From a virus, in the IMG/VR virus record IMGVR_UViG_3300009173_000003: DNA of 35,804 nt, one strand, 5' to 3'. Position numbers and translations under genes: made by a program. Positions 8,356-15,839 of this stretch are shown here, piece after piece (positions within the stretch are counted from its first letter, which is position 1; every line of letters begins with the position of its first letter). A model generated the notes under the pieces. The model was given only the letters and a program-made list of their open reading frames with translations. It was not told the origin of the DNA and searched no databases.

Positions 8356-9741
8356 CTAAATTACTCCAGCCAAATTCCTTTTCAACTTACCGACACGCCT
8401 CGAGCTCCGGCCGCCCATAGCTGTGCCGGCATCACTCGCAAAGGTTAACACAAATGCGTCTGCACTATCCGGTGACGCTACTCCTCTCTTTTTGAGATCG
8501 CGTTTGCTCTCAATTTTTACGCGACCGCTCGAAGTATAACTATAACGCACGGTGGACAGTTCAGCTTTCAGATTCGGATCTTGGGGCAGTCGAACGTCTC
8601 GACCTTCCAGCCAGGCCTTAGCTTTATACCACAGCTCCGATCTCAGGTTCATGTATTGCGTTCCCATCGCTGGACTCTCCGCGACATTGATTCCGTAGGC
8701 CGGCAATCCGAGTTCACGCAATCGGTCCACGACTCCGGCCCCTAATCCGATTGAATCGACAAAGATCTCTAAAGGCTTGTCATCGGTTGAATCGTATTCA
8801 GCTTTCACTGCCCCGGTTAGCTGCATCGTGTCCAGGTTGCGCCATAGCCGGATCGGTTCCGTAATCGCATTGCCTTTACGTTTACACAGAGCTGAGGCGT
8901 CAGCACCGAATCGTGCAACATCGACACCCCACACACTCGGCCCGTATTGGACCGGTGCAACGTCTCGACTGATCGCTTGCGTGATTAATTCCTGGGCAAT
9001 AACTGTATCATCATCGCCTCTAGGGAACTCGCCCAACACTCGCACTCGATAGACATTGGATTCTTCGCCGTAACGGACTCGGCACTCTTCGATATATTCC
9101 TTGGATACTCGAGTCGTATCCTCACACGACACATGAAATGTTTTCCAGCGTTTGCTCAGTTTGTGAAACGTGTCATAAAAATATCCCGAGCTCCTGACCG
9201 GGTTGCCGGCTAGGACCATTGACGCATGGTGGGCAGACATCGAGCCACCAGCAGCCTCATACACCTGTTCAGGGACACCACTCGCTTCATCACATATCAG
9301 CAGCACACTGTCGGCGTGGACACCTTGCAGGGCATCGGGTTGTTCAGCTCTCGAAGTTTTTGCAGATATGAAGTTGCGTTCTGGGTCCGCGATCAATTCG
9401 ATGCGGTCTGCTTTCACGTTGAACATATCTCGGTAGCCGGTAGGAGCCTGTTTCAGCCATGCTTTCGTTTCCGGCAGCAATGCATCTTGCAGTTGTGCCG
9501 AGGTCGGTGCAGTCATTACGACCTTCGCGTGGTAGTGTGTCGAGATCCACCACAGTGCGAGCCAAGAGAGGCAACTTGTCTTACCAACGCCGTGACCTGA
9601 GCGAATGCTTACTCCTCGAGCTCCGGAGGCTACGGCAATCATAACTTCTTGCTGCCATCTATCTGGCTTGGCTTTCAGAATGCCTTCAACAAACAGAACC
9701 GGATCTTCACGCATCAGAATGAGCTGGTCGGTGTAGCCCAT
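8356..9741 (-). CDS. terL: Terminase large subunit (461 aa)
   Basis: Walker A is SGHGVGKTS. Walker B/coupling is VLLICDEASGV. The C-terminal RNaseH-like nuclease motif is WGVDVARFGADAS. I place the start at ATG 9741 (MGYTDQLILMRED), 1 nt after the stop of the upstream 922-aa ORF. The ORF-track start at 9813 would overlap that gene by 71 nt. Confidence 0.92.
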   Translation of the reverse strand: MGYTDQLILMREDPVLFVEGILKAKPDRWQQEVMIAVASGARGVSIRSGHGVGKTSCLSWLALWWISTHYHAKVVMTAPTSAQLQDALLPETKAWLKQAPTGYRDMFNVKADRIELIADPERNFISAKTSRAEQPDALQGVHADSVLLICDEASGVPEQVYEAAGGSMSAHHASMVLAGNPVRSSGYFYDTFHKLSKRWKTFHVSCEDTTRVSKEYIEECRVRYGEESNVYRVRVLGEFPRGDDDTVIAQELITQAISRDVAPVQYGPSVWGVDVARFGADASALCKRKGNAITEPIRLWRNLDTMQLTGAVKAEYDSTDDKPLEIFVDSIGLGAGVVDRLRELGLPAYGINVAESPAMGTQYMNLRSELWYKAKAWLEGRDVRLPQDPNLKAELSTVRYSYTSSGRVKIESKRDLKKRGVASPDSADAFVLTFASDAGTAMGGRSSRRVGKLKRNLAGVI

Positions 9742-9742
9742 C

Positions 9743-12511
9743 CTATCTTCTTGGGAGCAGTGGTGGCCCAATGGGTGGCTGGAGCAATCCTCTTTGCTGA
9801 TTCTGCTCCTCATCGTCCAGTTGGCGAGCTACTGCACTCGTACCTAGCAGTCCTGGTCCAGTGGCACTATACAACCTTTGTCCCTCTTGTCCCACTTTTG
9901 CTCGCATCTCAGGCGTAATCGCAAACGACTGGTTGGTCATAACTCCAGATTCGGGAGAAGTTTTCAAATGTCCGAGGATTCTGTCCTCATACCTTTTAAG
10001 TGTTCTAAGTTCAGTGGGACTAGCCAATGCTATCCCATCAGCGCCGGGCCTAGCCAATGCTATCCCATCAGCGCTTGTTCCTCCGCTTACTTCCGCAAAT
10101 TCTATCCAGCGTCTGACGAGCGGATCGTCTGCTAACCCTAATTCACTAGCACCTTGTTTAAGCTGGGCCAGGGTTAAATCTTCGGCCCCGTCAGATATGC
10201 GCCCCGATATCGACACACCCTCAATTTCAATACCACCCACTTGGTTGCCATATTTGTTTGTCATTCTCGGAATGATCCTGTCGTAAAAGCCTATCATGCC
10301 TTCGCCACCAACCTCCAGATCCTCGCCTTCAATGCTACGAAACTGTGTCTGTTCCGCCGGAGCTTCGTTTAGCTCTGTGACACGCCTTTCCGCATCGGCC
10401 CGAGTTGAGTGGGACGAGTTCATCCAGCGATCCTGCCCACCCCTCGATTCAAAAACCCTAAAATCTGGCTCTTGGGTAGCCGGGTGGAATGATTCATCGA
10501 TCCAATATTCTATAGATTCGCTGGGTTCTGCTGATAGCAAGCGTTCGGCTGGCTCTTTACCGATATAGTCGGGCAACTGCTCCGGGGTGATGCCAGTTTC
10601 TGAGACGATTGTTTCACCATCCAAGCCATGCGCCTCCAGTTTGCCGGTATTTGGATCGTAATCAATACTTGTAACGTGCTTTCGCAGATCATACAGCTCA
10701 GAGGCTTGCTGACCGCTTGCCCAAGCTACCCTGTCGTAGCCACCATCAACGCCTTCCTGGATCGCTCTTTTCATAGCGAGCTCGGACCATTCGTCAACAT
10801 TTTGGTATGGACCTTGAGGGATCTGACGATCTAATGCATTTCTTGCAAGTATCGCTGCACTATGGCGTTTGTCTGCAGCACTTAGCTTGTTTTGTATTAT
10901 GAACCACTTTTCGCTTTCACCAGGAGGTGCGTTTATATAATTTTTGCCAGCTTGATTAAGATTCACGCCATGTGTTTCCTGCAAAGCCTCTAGCGCTTCA
11001 TCGGCAGCACGAACTTCATCATCTAATGCTCGGGCCTCCTGTGCGTCAACATACCCCCGGTCACGGCCTTTTTGATGCCAGTCGCTTTGGATCTCCTCGA
11101 TGAACAGCACTTTCTCAGGCTCGCCAGTCTTCGGACTGATTACAGTCCTGTCGCTCATACGCAGATGAACGAGTACGTTAGGTTCGGACCAGTGTGAGTT
11201 TGTGAACTCGGCTGTGCGAGGGAAGGCATTAATCTGTTCAGTAAGGGCATCGTATTTTACTTGTATCTCTGAAGGCATCGATGCAGTACCATCGTACCCC
11301 ATTCCTAATTCCTTACGTGCTTTCATTAGGCGGTCGATTTTTTGTTGCCCCTGCGGCTCCAACTGGATCGTGAGTTCCCGGTAATTTTCGCTCGGGCCTT
11401 CAATTCTCGTATCGCTACCACCGAACTTGGGAGTTCCGGGACCGCCGACACCGGCGAGTTCTTCTTGGGCGAGAGTCACCTCATGAACTTCGTCCCACAA
11501 ACCTCTTGCTAGTTCTTCATTTCCACGTTGTCGAGCCTGGTGGGCTTGTCTTTCCAGATCTTGTATCTCAGTCACAAACTCATCTTCATTCCAATGCTCA
11601 TATTCGCCACCTGGGCCGGTTCTTTGCTGTGTTCGCCATGTCTCTTTCAGCTTGATGCCGTTGTCGGCCATGTGTTGCTGCAATTCTGCACGGGTAAACT
11701 TTCTGTCCGGGTTCTCGCCCAACAGCTTAGTAACTCCTGTCCATTCCATCTCACCTTCTGGGATGCCACCCGGTGCTTTTTTTAGCGTGGCAAGCCACTG
11801 TGAGCCTGTTGCTTTGCCCTGTTGTGTATCCAAGAAAAACTTCTCGAGGCGTGAATTGCTTACCGCATCCAAACCACTTCGAGAGGCTTTGATTGCAGCC
11901 CGAGTTGATGCCACGAACGGAACGGCTGCCAGACCGAAACCTGGCACGGCCGAGCCTAGTTCGAGTAGTCCCAATTTTGTGCTGCCCTCCGGGTCGGCCA
12001 ATTCACGCACACCCCTTGTTGCTGCCGCTGCATCGGATATTAGACCGGCGGTGACTTCACTAGCCATCATTCCACCGAATCCGCCAGCTTTGCCGGCACC
12101 AGTCTCTGGGGCTCGAGGCGACCAGGGCTGATCGATAAGGTCTGTAATCCAGCCACCGGGTCCACCGACCGATTCTGCGCCTAGTGTGCGAGCGAGATCA
12201 AGCAAGCCACGCGGAGTTTCACGGGCCAAACCTCTGCCGAAATCTCCTACCATACGAGGCACCGAATAACGGAGGTGGTCGAGAATCTTTTTTTTACGCG
12301 ATGGTTGTGGCCCGATCCACGGGTAGCCTGGCATACCAGCCATCGCACGTTGCCGGTTGGTTTCTTGTGCCATAGCGAGTGGGTCCATCTGTCCCACAGG
12401 ACTTTCGGCCCATTGCTCTGCGTCTCCCAACAATGAAGGTGGCCGTCTGCCTCCGGGTGGTGGTGGGTTTTGATTTAGCAACCCGTCAACGTGTCCAGGA
12501 ATATGTGGCAT
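9743..12511 (-). CDS. Large uncharacterised multidomain protein (922 aa); candidate virion-delivered 'polyvalent'-type protein
   Basis: Long uninterrupted ORF, abutted 1 nt from terL and 6 nt after the 533-aa ORF. It has a P/G-rich N-terminus followed by a G/A-rich hydrophobic segment (GFGGMMASEVTAGLISDAAAA...GSAVPGFGLAAVPFVAS). Internal motifs include WLATLKKAPGGIPEGEMEWTGV, NVLVHLRMSDR...VLFIEEIQSDWHQKGR and GYDRVAWASGQQASELYDL. I recognise no enzymatic signature with certainty. Confidence 0.8.
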   Translation of the reverse strand: MPHIPGHVDGLLNQNPPPPGGRRPPSLLGDAEQWAESPVGQMDPLAMAQETNRQRAMAGMPGYPWIGPQPSRKKKILDHLRYSVPRMVGDFGRGLARETPRGLLDLARTLGAESVGGPGGWITDLIDQPWSPRAPETGAGKAGGFGGMMASEVTAGLISDAAAATRGVRELADPEGSTKLGLLELGSAVPGFGLAAVPFVASTRAAIKASRSGLDAVSNSRLEKFFLDTQQGKATGSQWLATLKKAPGGIPEGEMEWTGVTKLLGENPDRKFTRAELQQHMADNGIKLKETWRTQQRTGPGGEYEHWNEDEFVTEIQDLERQAHQARQRGNEELARGLWDEVHEVTLAQEELAGVGGPGTPKFGGSDTRIEGPSENYRELTIQLEPQGQQKIDRLMKARKELGMGYDGTASMPSEIQVKYDALTEQINAFPRTAEFTNSHWSEPNVLVHLRMSDRTVISPKTGEPEKVLFIEEIQSDWHQKGRDRGYVDAQEARALDDEVRAADEALEALQETHGVNLNQAGKNYINAPPGESEKWFIIQNKLSAADKRHSAAILARNALDRQIPQGPYQNVDEWSELAMKRAIQEGVDGGYDRVAWASGQQASELYDLRKHVTSIDYDPNTGKLEAHGLDGETIVSETGITPEQLPDYIGKEPAERLLSAEPSESIEYWIDESFHPATQEPDFRVFESRGGQDRWMNSSHSTRADAERRVTELNEAPAEQTQFRSIEGEDLEVGGEGMIGFYDRIIPRMTNKYGNQVGGIEIEGVSISGRISDGAEDLTLAQLKQGASELGLADDPLVRRWIEFAEVSGGTSADGIALARPGADGIALASPTELRTLKRYEDRILGHLKTSPESGVMTNQSFAITPEMRAKVGQEGQRLYSATGPGLLGTSAVARQLDDEEQNQQRGLLQPPIGPPLLPRR
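10020..10074. repeat. Perfect 25-bp direct repeat with a 30-bp period inside the 922-aa gene
   Basis: ctagccaatgctatcccatcagcgc occurs at 10020-10044 and again at 10050-10074. This encodes the in-frame duplication ADGIALARPG / ADGIALASP. Confidence 0.9.
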
Positions 12512-12517
12512 CTAGTC

Positions 12518-14119
12518 TTATCGCATCCAGGGTGCGGCATTCAGTGACTGAGGTAGGAAGCGTTTGCCTTCTCTCATCTCCTGAAAGTATTGCAGCAGTC
12601 CTTCGGCCGTGTCGTCATAGCCGCCAGCTATGCCGAACTCATCAATGTTCCCAAAGCCTAAATTGGAGATCTGGTTCGCCTCTCTGATAGCTCGTTCCGT
12701 TATACTTTGGAACGTACCCGGTGGCGTTTCGGGTATAGAAATCCCTAGAACCCTGCCACCTTCCCACCTAGCTCCTTGAGCTGACGAACCTGTAGGCAAT
12801 CCATGTTTTTTGGCAGACCGAACGTATGGCCTCGAGAAATTTTGGTATGATGGCGCGTTTGGCGTCAGCAATCCCGTTCCTTTCTCATTGAAAAAATAAT
12901 CATTTTTACTGAATTTTGATGTATCGAATATATCCGGCACCCCCCCTCGATACGGGGTTGGCAGTCCTAGGGCTGCTTTTCGCAGTTCTGGGATTCGCTG
13001 GATTATCCAGTTGGCGCTTCCACCCTCATGCACATCCATAGGGACGTTTCCTCCGGCCAGATTAACGTCTAGACTTCCCTTGCCGCTTAGTGCATTATCG
13101 AACGAAGGAGTTTTCCAACTCCCTGCCCCGGGGGATGGCGATCCATCTGCCATCGGAGCGAGCCAGCCTCTATCGGCCTGTCTGCGCCCTGTCTCAAGCA
13201 TCGTTTCTAACCCATACGGGCTACGGAACAATGCATTCGGATAGATCGACCTATAAATTTTTTGAGCTTCTTTTATCGAAATGTTGTTTTGTCGTGCAAA
13301 GTTAACGATTGACGTTTTCATCAGTTGAAGGTCTACTGGCGATCTAGGAGAAGTCGCGGCGCCTATGATATTAAATTCATCAAAACTCATGCCGGGAGAA
13401 TTTTCTGGCATTCTTTCCAGTATGCCTCCGGTCTCATACCACTTTTCACCACCGACATCGATGCCGGCCTCTACTTGTTCATCTATGAGGTCTTGAACTT
13501 TTTCGCTATTTGCCCACCGCTCACTGAGCTCGGTGGGTTTTGTTCGTGGTGTCGGCGCGATGGGATTCGGCTGATCGGGGTGAGGAAGGCGTGTGCCTTC
13601 AATCTTCGGAGCGTTGCGTCTAAATAATTTTATGCTTCCGACCAGCTCTTTCAGCGAAGCGCCGGCGATAGGCAGGCCCAGGCCGGCTGTAGCCCACATC
13701 GCCCTGGGCAAATCTTTGTCCTCGATAGCGGCGATTAGGTCTACAAGGTCGATTGCCATGTCCGGACCAGGAATCATTCCAAATCCTATGAGGGCTCCTG
13801 TCTCCTCTAGTGTCTCGGGCTCGACTAATCTTCGCAGTTGGCGCCACAACGTGTCATCGTCCGGGTCTTGTTCTTGAGCTCGGTGAGGGAAGTCTGGATC
13901 TGGTAGTGATTCCAGCAATCCGGGCGCCTGTTCCGGGAATGCGTAGCCCTCTTTCAGTGGCCCAAACTGGGGTTCTTCTTCTCCCCCGTATGCCAGTGTC
14001 AGTTCGAGTGGGGCTCCTTCAGTCGGATACTCATGTGGTATGCCCTGATACGACATCCAGCCTTCTTTTGGCAAAGCCATCGTAGGATCAAAACCTTGGT
14101 GTGGTCTGCCTTGGTGCAT
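12518..14119 (-). CDS. Large uncharacterised protein (533 aa), paired with the 922-aa protein
   Basis: Its ATG overlaps the stop of the preceding small ORF (TAATG). The N-terminus is acidic and Pro-rich. It is followed by the hydrophobic segment LIGFGMIPGPDMAIDLVDLIAAIEDKDLPRAMWATAGLGLPIAGASLKELVG. The C-terminal roughly 350 aa are globular with no motif I can name. Confidence 0.8.
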   Translation of the reverse strand: MHQGRPHQGFDPTMALPKEGWMSYQGIPHEYPTEGAPLELTLAYGGEEEPQFGPLKEGYAFPEQAPGLLESLPDPDFPHRAQEQDPDDDTLWRQLRRLVEPETLEETGALIGFGMIPGPDMAIDLVDLIAAIEDKDLPRAMWATAGLGLPIAGASLKELVGSIKLFRRNAPKIEGTRLPHPDQPNPIAPTPRTKPTELSERWANSEKVQDLIDEQVEAGIDVGGEKWYETGGILERMPENSPGMSFDEFNIIGAATSPRSPVDLQLMKTSIVNFARQNNISIKEAQKIYRSIYPNALFRSPYGLETMLETGRRQADRGWLAPMADGSPSPGAGSWKTPSFDNALSGKGSLDVNLAGGNVPMDVHEGGSANWIIQRIPELRKAALGLPTPYRGGVPDIFDTSKFSKNDYFFNEKGTGLLTPNAPSYQNFSRPYVRSAKKHGLPTGSSAQGARWEGGRVLGISIPETPPGTFQSITERAIREANQISNLGFGNIDEFGIAGGYDDTAEGLLQYFQEMREGKRFLPQSLNAAPWMR

Positions 14120-14286
14120 TATCGGTAGCCTTTCCTGGCCTTACGCCGGTGTGAGGCATCGCCGACATTCATCTTCAGGGCTTTCAAGTGGGCGAGCGCT
14201 GCACTGCGATTCTTGTGGACCTTGAGAGGTTTCCAGCCATTAGCGAGTTCCACCTGGACAGTCGTGTCCTTGATGCGGTATGGCAT
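14119..14286 (-). CDS. Small basic protein, 55 aa (below the ORF-track cutoff)
   Basis: Manual translation gives MPYRIKDTTVQVELANGWKPLKVHKNRSAALAHLKALKMNVGDASHRRKARKGYR. The ATG at 14286 directly abuts the TAG of the upstream ORF. Its TAA overlaps the ATG of the 533-aa gene. Confidence 0.6.
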   Translation of the reverse strand: MPYRIKDTTVQVELANGWKPLKVHKNRSAALAHLKALKMNVGDASHRRKARKGYR

Positions 14287-14511
14287 CTAAGCTGTGTAGT
14301 CTCCGAATCCAGATGTGCCGGCCTGTGTAGGTCGCTTGGTCATTCCGAGCATCCTCTTCAGACGTTGTCCCTGGCGAGGGTTGGTCACCCGAGACATTGC
14401 GTCAGTAATCGCTGTCCGTTCGTTGCCAGGCACTTGAGACGCCTGAGCTTGACGGGCTGCAGCCATCCCAGCCGGGGTGTACGGAAATTTCCTTCCAGCG
14501 ACATTAGGCAT
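14287..14511 (-). CDS. Small hypothetical protein (74 aa), first gene after the putative promoter at 14.56 kb
   Basis: The ATG is preceded by GAAGAGGAAC. The N-terminus is MPNVAGRKFPYTPAGMAAARQ. It is followed with no gap by the 55-aa ORF. Confidence 0.65.
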   Translation of the reverse strand: MPNVAGRKFPYTPAGMAAARQAQASQVPGNERTAITDAMSRVTNPRQGQRLKRMLGMTKRPTQAGTSGFGDYTA

Positions 14512-14554
14512 ACGAGTTCCTCTTCTCAGATCACAGACGAATTACCCACCACCT

Positions 14555-14584
14555 ACTATGCCACAATATGTGGCGTTTCGTCAA
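14555..14584 (-). promoter_or_regulatory. Putative promoter with an operator-like palindrome in the spacer
   Basis: The minus strand reads TTGACG (14584-14579), then 18 nt, then CATAGT (14560-14555). The 15-bp palindrome GCCACAATATGTGGC (14560-14574) fills the spacer. It lies about 45 nt upstream of the 74-aa gene. Confidence 0.3.
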
Positions 14585-14606
14585 ATCGTGAGCCAGCGGC
14601 ACGGGT

Positions 14607-14684
14607 GGAACAAGCACTATTGGGTTAACTCCATTAGAGAGTAGATATAGGAGTAAAGCATATTAACCCTGTTCCGCTTGTTCC
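14607..14684. other. Nested inverted repeats that could form a 78-nt two-tier stem-loop
   Basis: GGAACAAGC (14607-14615) pairs with GCTTGTTCC (14676-14684), 9 bp. GGGTTAA (14622-14628) pairs with TTAACCC (14663-14669), 7 bp. The two helices are separated by a symmetric 6x6 internal loop. The structure begins 2 nt after the stop of the 82-aa gene and has no U-tract. Confidence 0.5.
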
Positions 14685-14686
14685 GT

Positions 14687-14935
14687 TCATTCGTCTTCGC
14701 AAAGATCCTCGATGGTTTCAAACTCTTCCGCATCTAAGAAAATCGGCTGGCTCTGATCCACCTGGGCACACATAATATTTTCCATGCAGCTTCTCGCATC
14801 GTGATAGTTAATGCCGTCTTTTTTTATCAGTATCTCGATACATTTGTTTACACTGTAGACCAGCCTGGACTCTTGAACGGCAACGTCATAGGTCTTCCCG
14901 ATAACTGCCTTGTCAAATCCGTCAGCTTTCAACAT
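14687..14935 (-). CDS. Conserved small phage protein (82 aa), function unknown
   Basis: ATG at 14935 is preceded by GGGAGG; the ORF-track start at 14938 is a GTG one codon upstream. The sequence MLKADGFDKAVIGKTYDVAVQESRLVYSVNKCIEILIKKDGINYHDA resembles, from memory, a widespread small phage protein family (GFDDAIIG...KCIEIL). Confidence 0.7.
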   Translation of the reverse strand: MLKADGFDKAVIGKTYDVAVQESRLVYSVNKCIEILIKKDGINYHDARSCMENIMCAQVDQSQPIFLDAEEFETIEDLCEDE

Positions 14936-14998
14936 CACTGCCTCCCGTAGTTTATTTAGTTTTTTAATACTTACTTAGTTACTATTGTCTCGTTGCCC

Positions 14999-15156
14999 TG
15001 TCTTGACCCCTGTCCCGTGAGGTGTCTTTTTAGGTGTCTAGACCCTAGTTCCTGGAAACCCTGAAAGCCTTATAAACACTGCCTTCCTACTACCCTGGAA
15101 GGTGTCTAGAAGTATGCCATTTAAGGTGTCTAGAAAGGTGTCTTGACCCCCTGTCC
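14999..15156. repeat. Iteron-like array: five AGGTGTCT direct repeats bracketed by a 17/18-bp direct repeat, with TGTC cores phased at 12 bp
   Basis: AGGTGTCT occurs at 15020, 15032, 15100, 15124 and 15136. TGTCTTGACCCCTGTCC is at 14999-15015 and TGTCTTGACCCCCTGTCC at 15139-15156. TGTC cores sit at 14999/15011/15023/15035 and at 15103/15127/15139/15152. The array is in the 224-nt non-coding gap between the 77-aa and 82-aa genes. Confidence 0.85.
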
Positions 15157-15162
15157 GCGAGA

Positions 15163-15396
15163 TTAGGTATTTTGGTCCATCTTTTCGAGCTGATTTTTGG
15201 TCAACTTTATACCCTGATCTTGTAACCAATTTTGGACCGATTCGGCCGTTAAGCAGCTCTTCGTAGTGGCAATATCCCTGAGAGTAGCCATCACTACCTG
15301 GAGCAACTTACGATGTGGGTCACCGACATGATAAAACTTGACCCGGCCCTGGAGCTTGTCCGCTAAATCTAAAACTTCTGCTTTGCTTACTGCCAT
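15163..15396 (-). CDS. Hypothetical protein (77 aa)
   Basis: The ATG overlaps the end of the upstream ORF by 10 nt. I recognise no motif. Confidence 0.65.
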   Translation of the reverse strand: MAVSKAEVLDLADKLQGRVKFYHVGDPHRKLLQVVMATLRDIATTKSCLTAESVQNWLQDQGIKLTKNQLEKMDQNT

Positions 15397-15755
15397 AATT
15401 TTCTCCGAATTTTTTTGAGTAAATAGTGTATGTTGAAGTGCTCAATATGACCGGCCCTTACTTTTTGTCCGGGGGTCAACTTTTTCGATCTGACCCCAGG
15501 ATCGACCCCGTCCCAATGTATAAAATCCCACCGAATATGCAGCCTCGGCCGTGGATTCCTACGCATAATCCTGATGTCCGATAAACAATGGCTTAGGTAG
15601 GCCATTTCGTATTGCGTATAATAGATATTATCGGAAGCTGTGCTGAGATCGGCAATGATCTTATGCATAATGATGCATAGCCTCCGACTCGCCTGGCTCC
15701 AACCAAACTGTCCCAGTTTGCCTGAGCCGGCCTGGTCGTACGGTTCTAGTTCCAC
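15387..15755 (-). CDS. Hypothetical protein (122 aa from GTG 15755; first ATG at 15668)
   Basis: The open frame is coupled to the next gene. The start is uncertain: either GTG with AAGGG 11 nt upstream, or the internal ATG. Confidence 0.5.
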   Translation of the reverse strand: MELEPYDQAGSGKLGQFGWSQASRRLCIIMHKIIADLSTASDNIYYTQYEMAYLSHCLSDIRIMRRNPRPRLHIRWDFIHWDGVDPGVRSKKLTPGQKVRAGHIEHFNIHYLLKKIRRKLWQ

Positions 15756-15813
15756 GAACCTAAACCCTTGCAGGACAACGACTTACGGCATCGTTCTCGG
15801 GTGCGAGTGTGGG

Positions 15814-15836
15814 TTCGGGGTCCATATACCCCCGAA
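15814..15836. other. GC-rich hairpin after the 107-aa gene
   Basis: TTCGGGG (15814-15820) pairs with CCCCGAA (15830-15836) across a 9-nt loop. It lies 4 nt downstream of the stop at 15840. There is no U-tract on either strand. Confidence 0.4.
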
Positions 15837-15839
15837 GAC

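Noticed and set aside
9742-9813. N-terminal extension of terL (ORF-track start at 9813)
   Set aside because: The extension (MRSRISKEDCSSHPLGHHCSQEDR) overlaps the 3' end of the 922-aa gene by 71 nt. ATG 9741 sits 1 nt after that gene's stop and begins the conserved part of the protein.
14999-15156. Possible CRISPR array
   Set aside because: The repeat unit is only 8 bp (17-18 bp for the flanking pair), the spacing is irregular (12, 68, 24, 12 bp), and there are no spacer-sized unique segments or cas genes.
15038-15229. 63-aa minus-strand ORF across the repeat array
   Set aside because: Its sequence (recurring LDT) is generated by the AGACACCT repeats. It overlaps the 3' end of the 77-aa gene in another frame and has no RBS.
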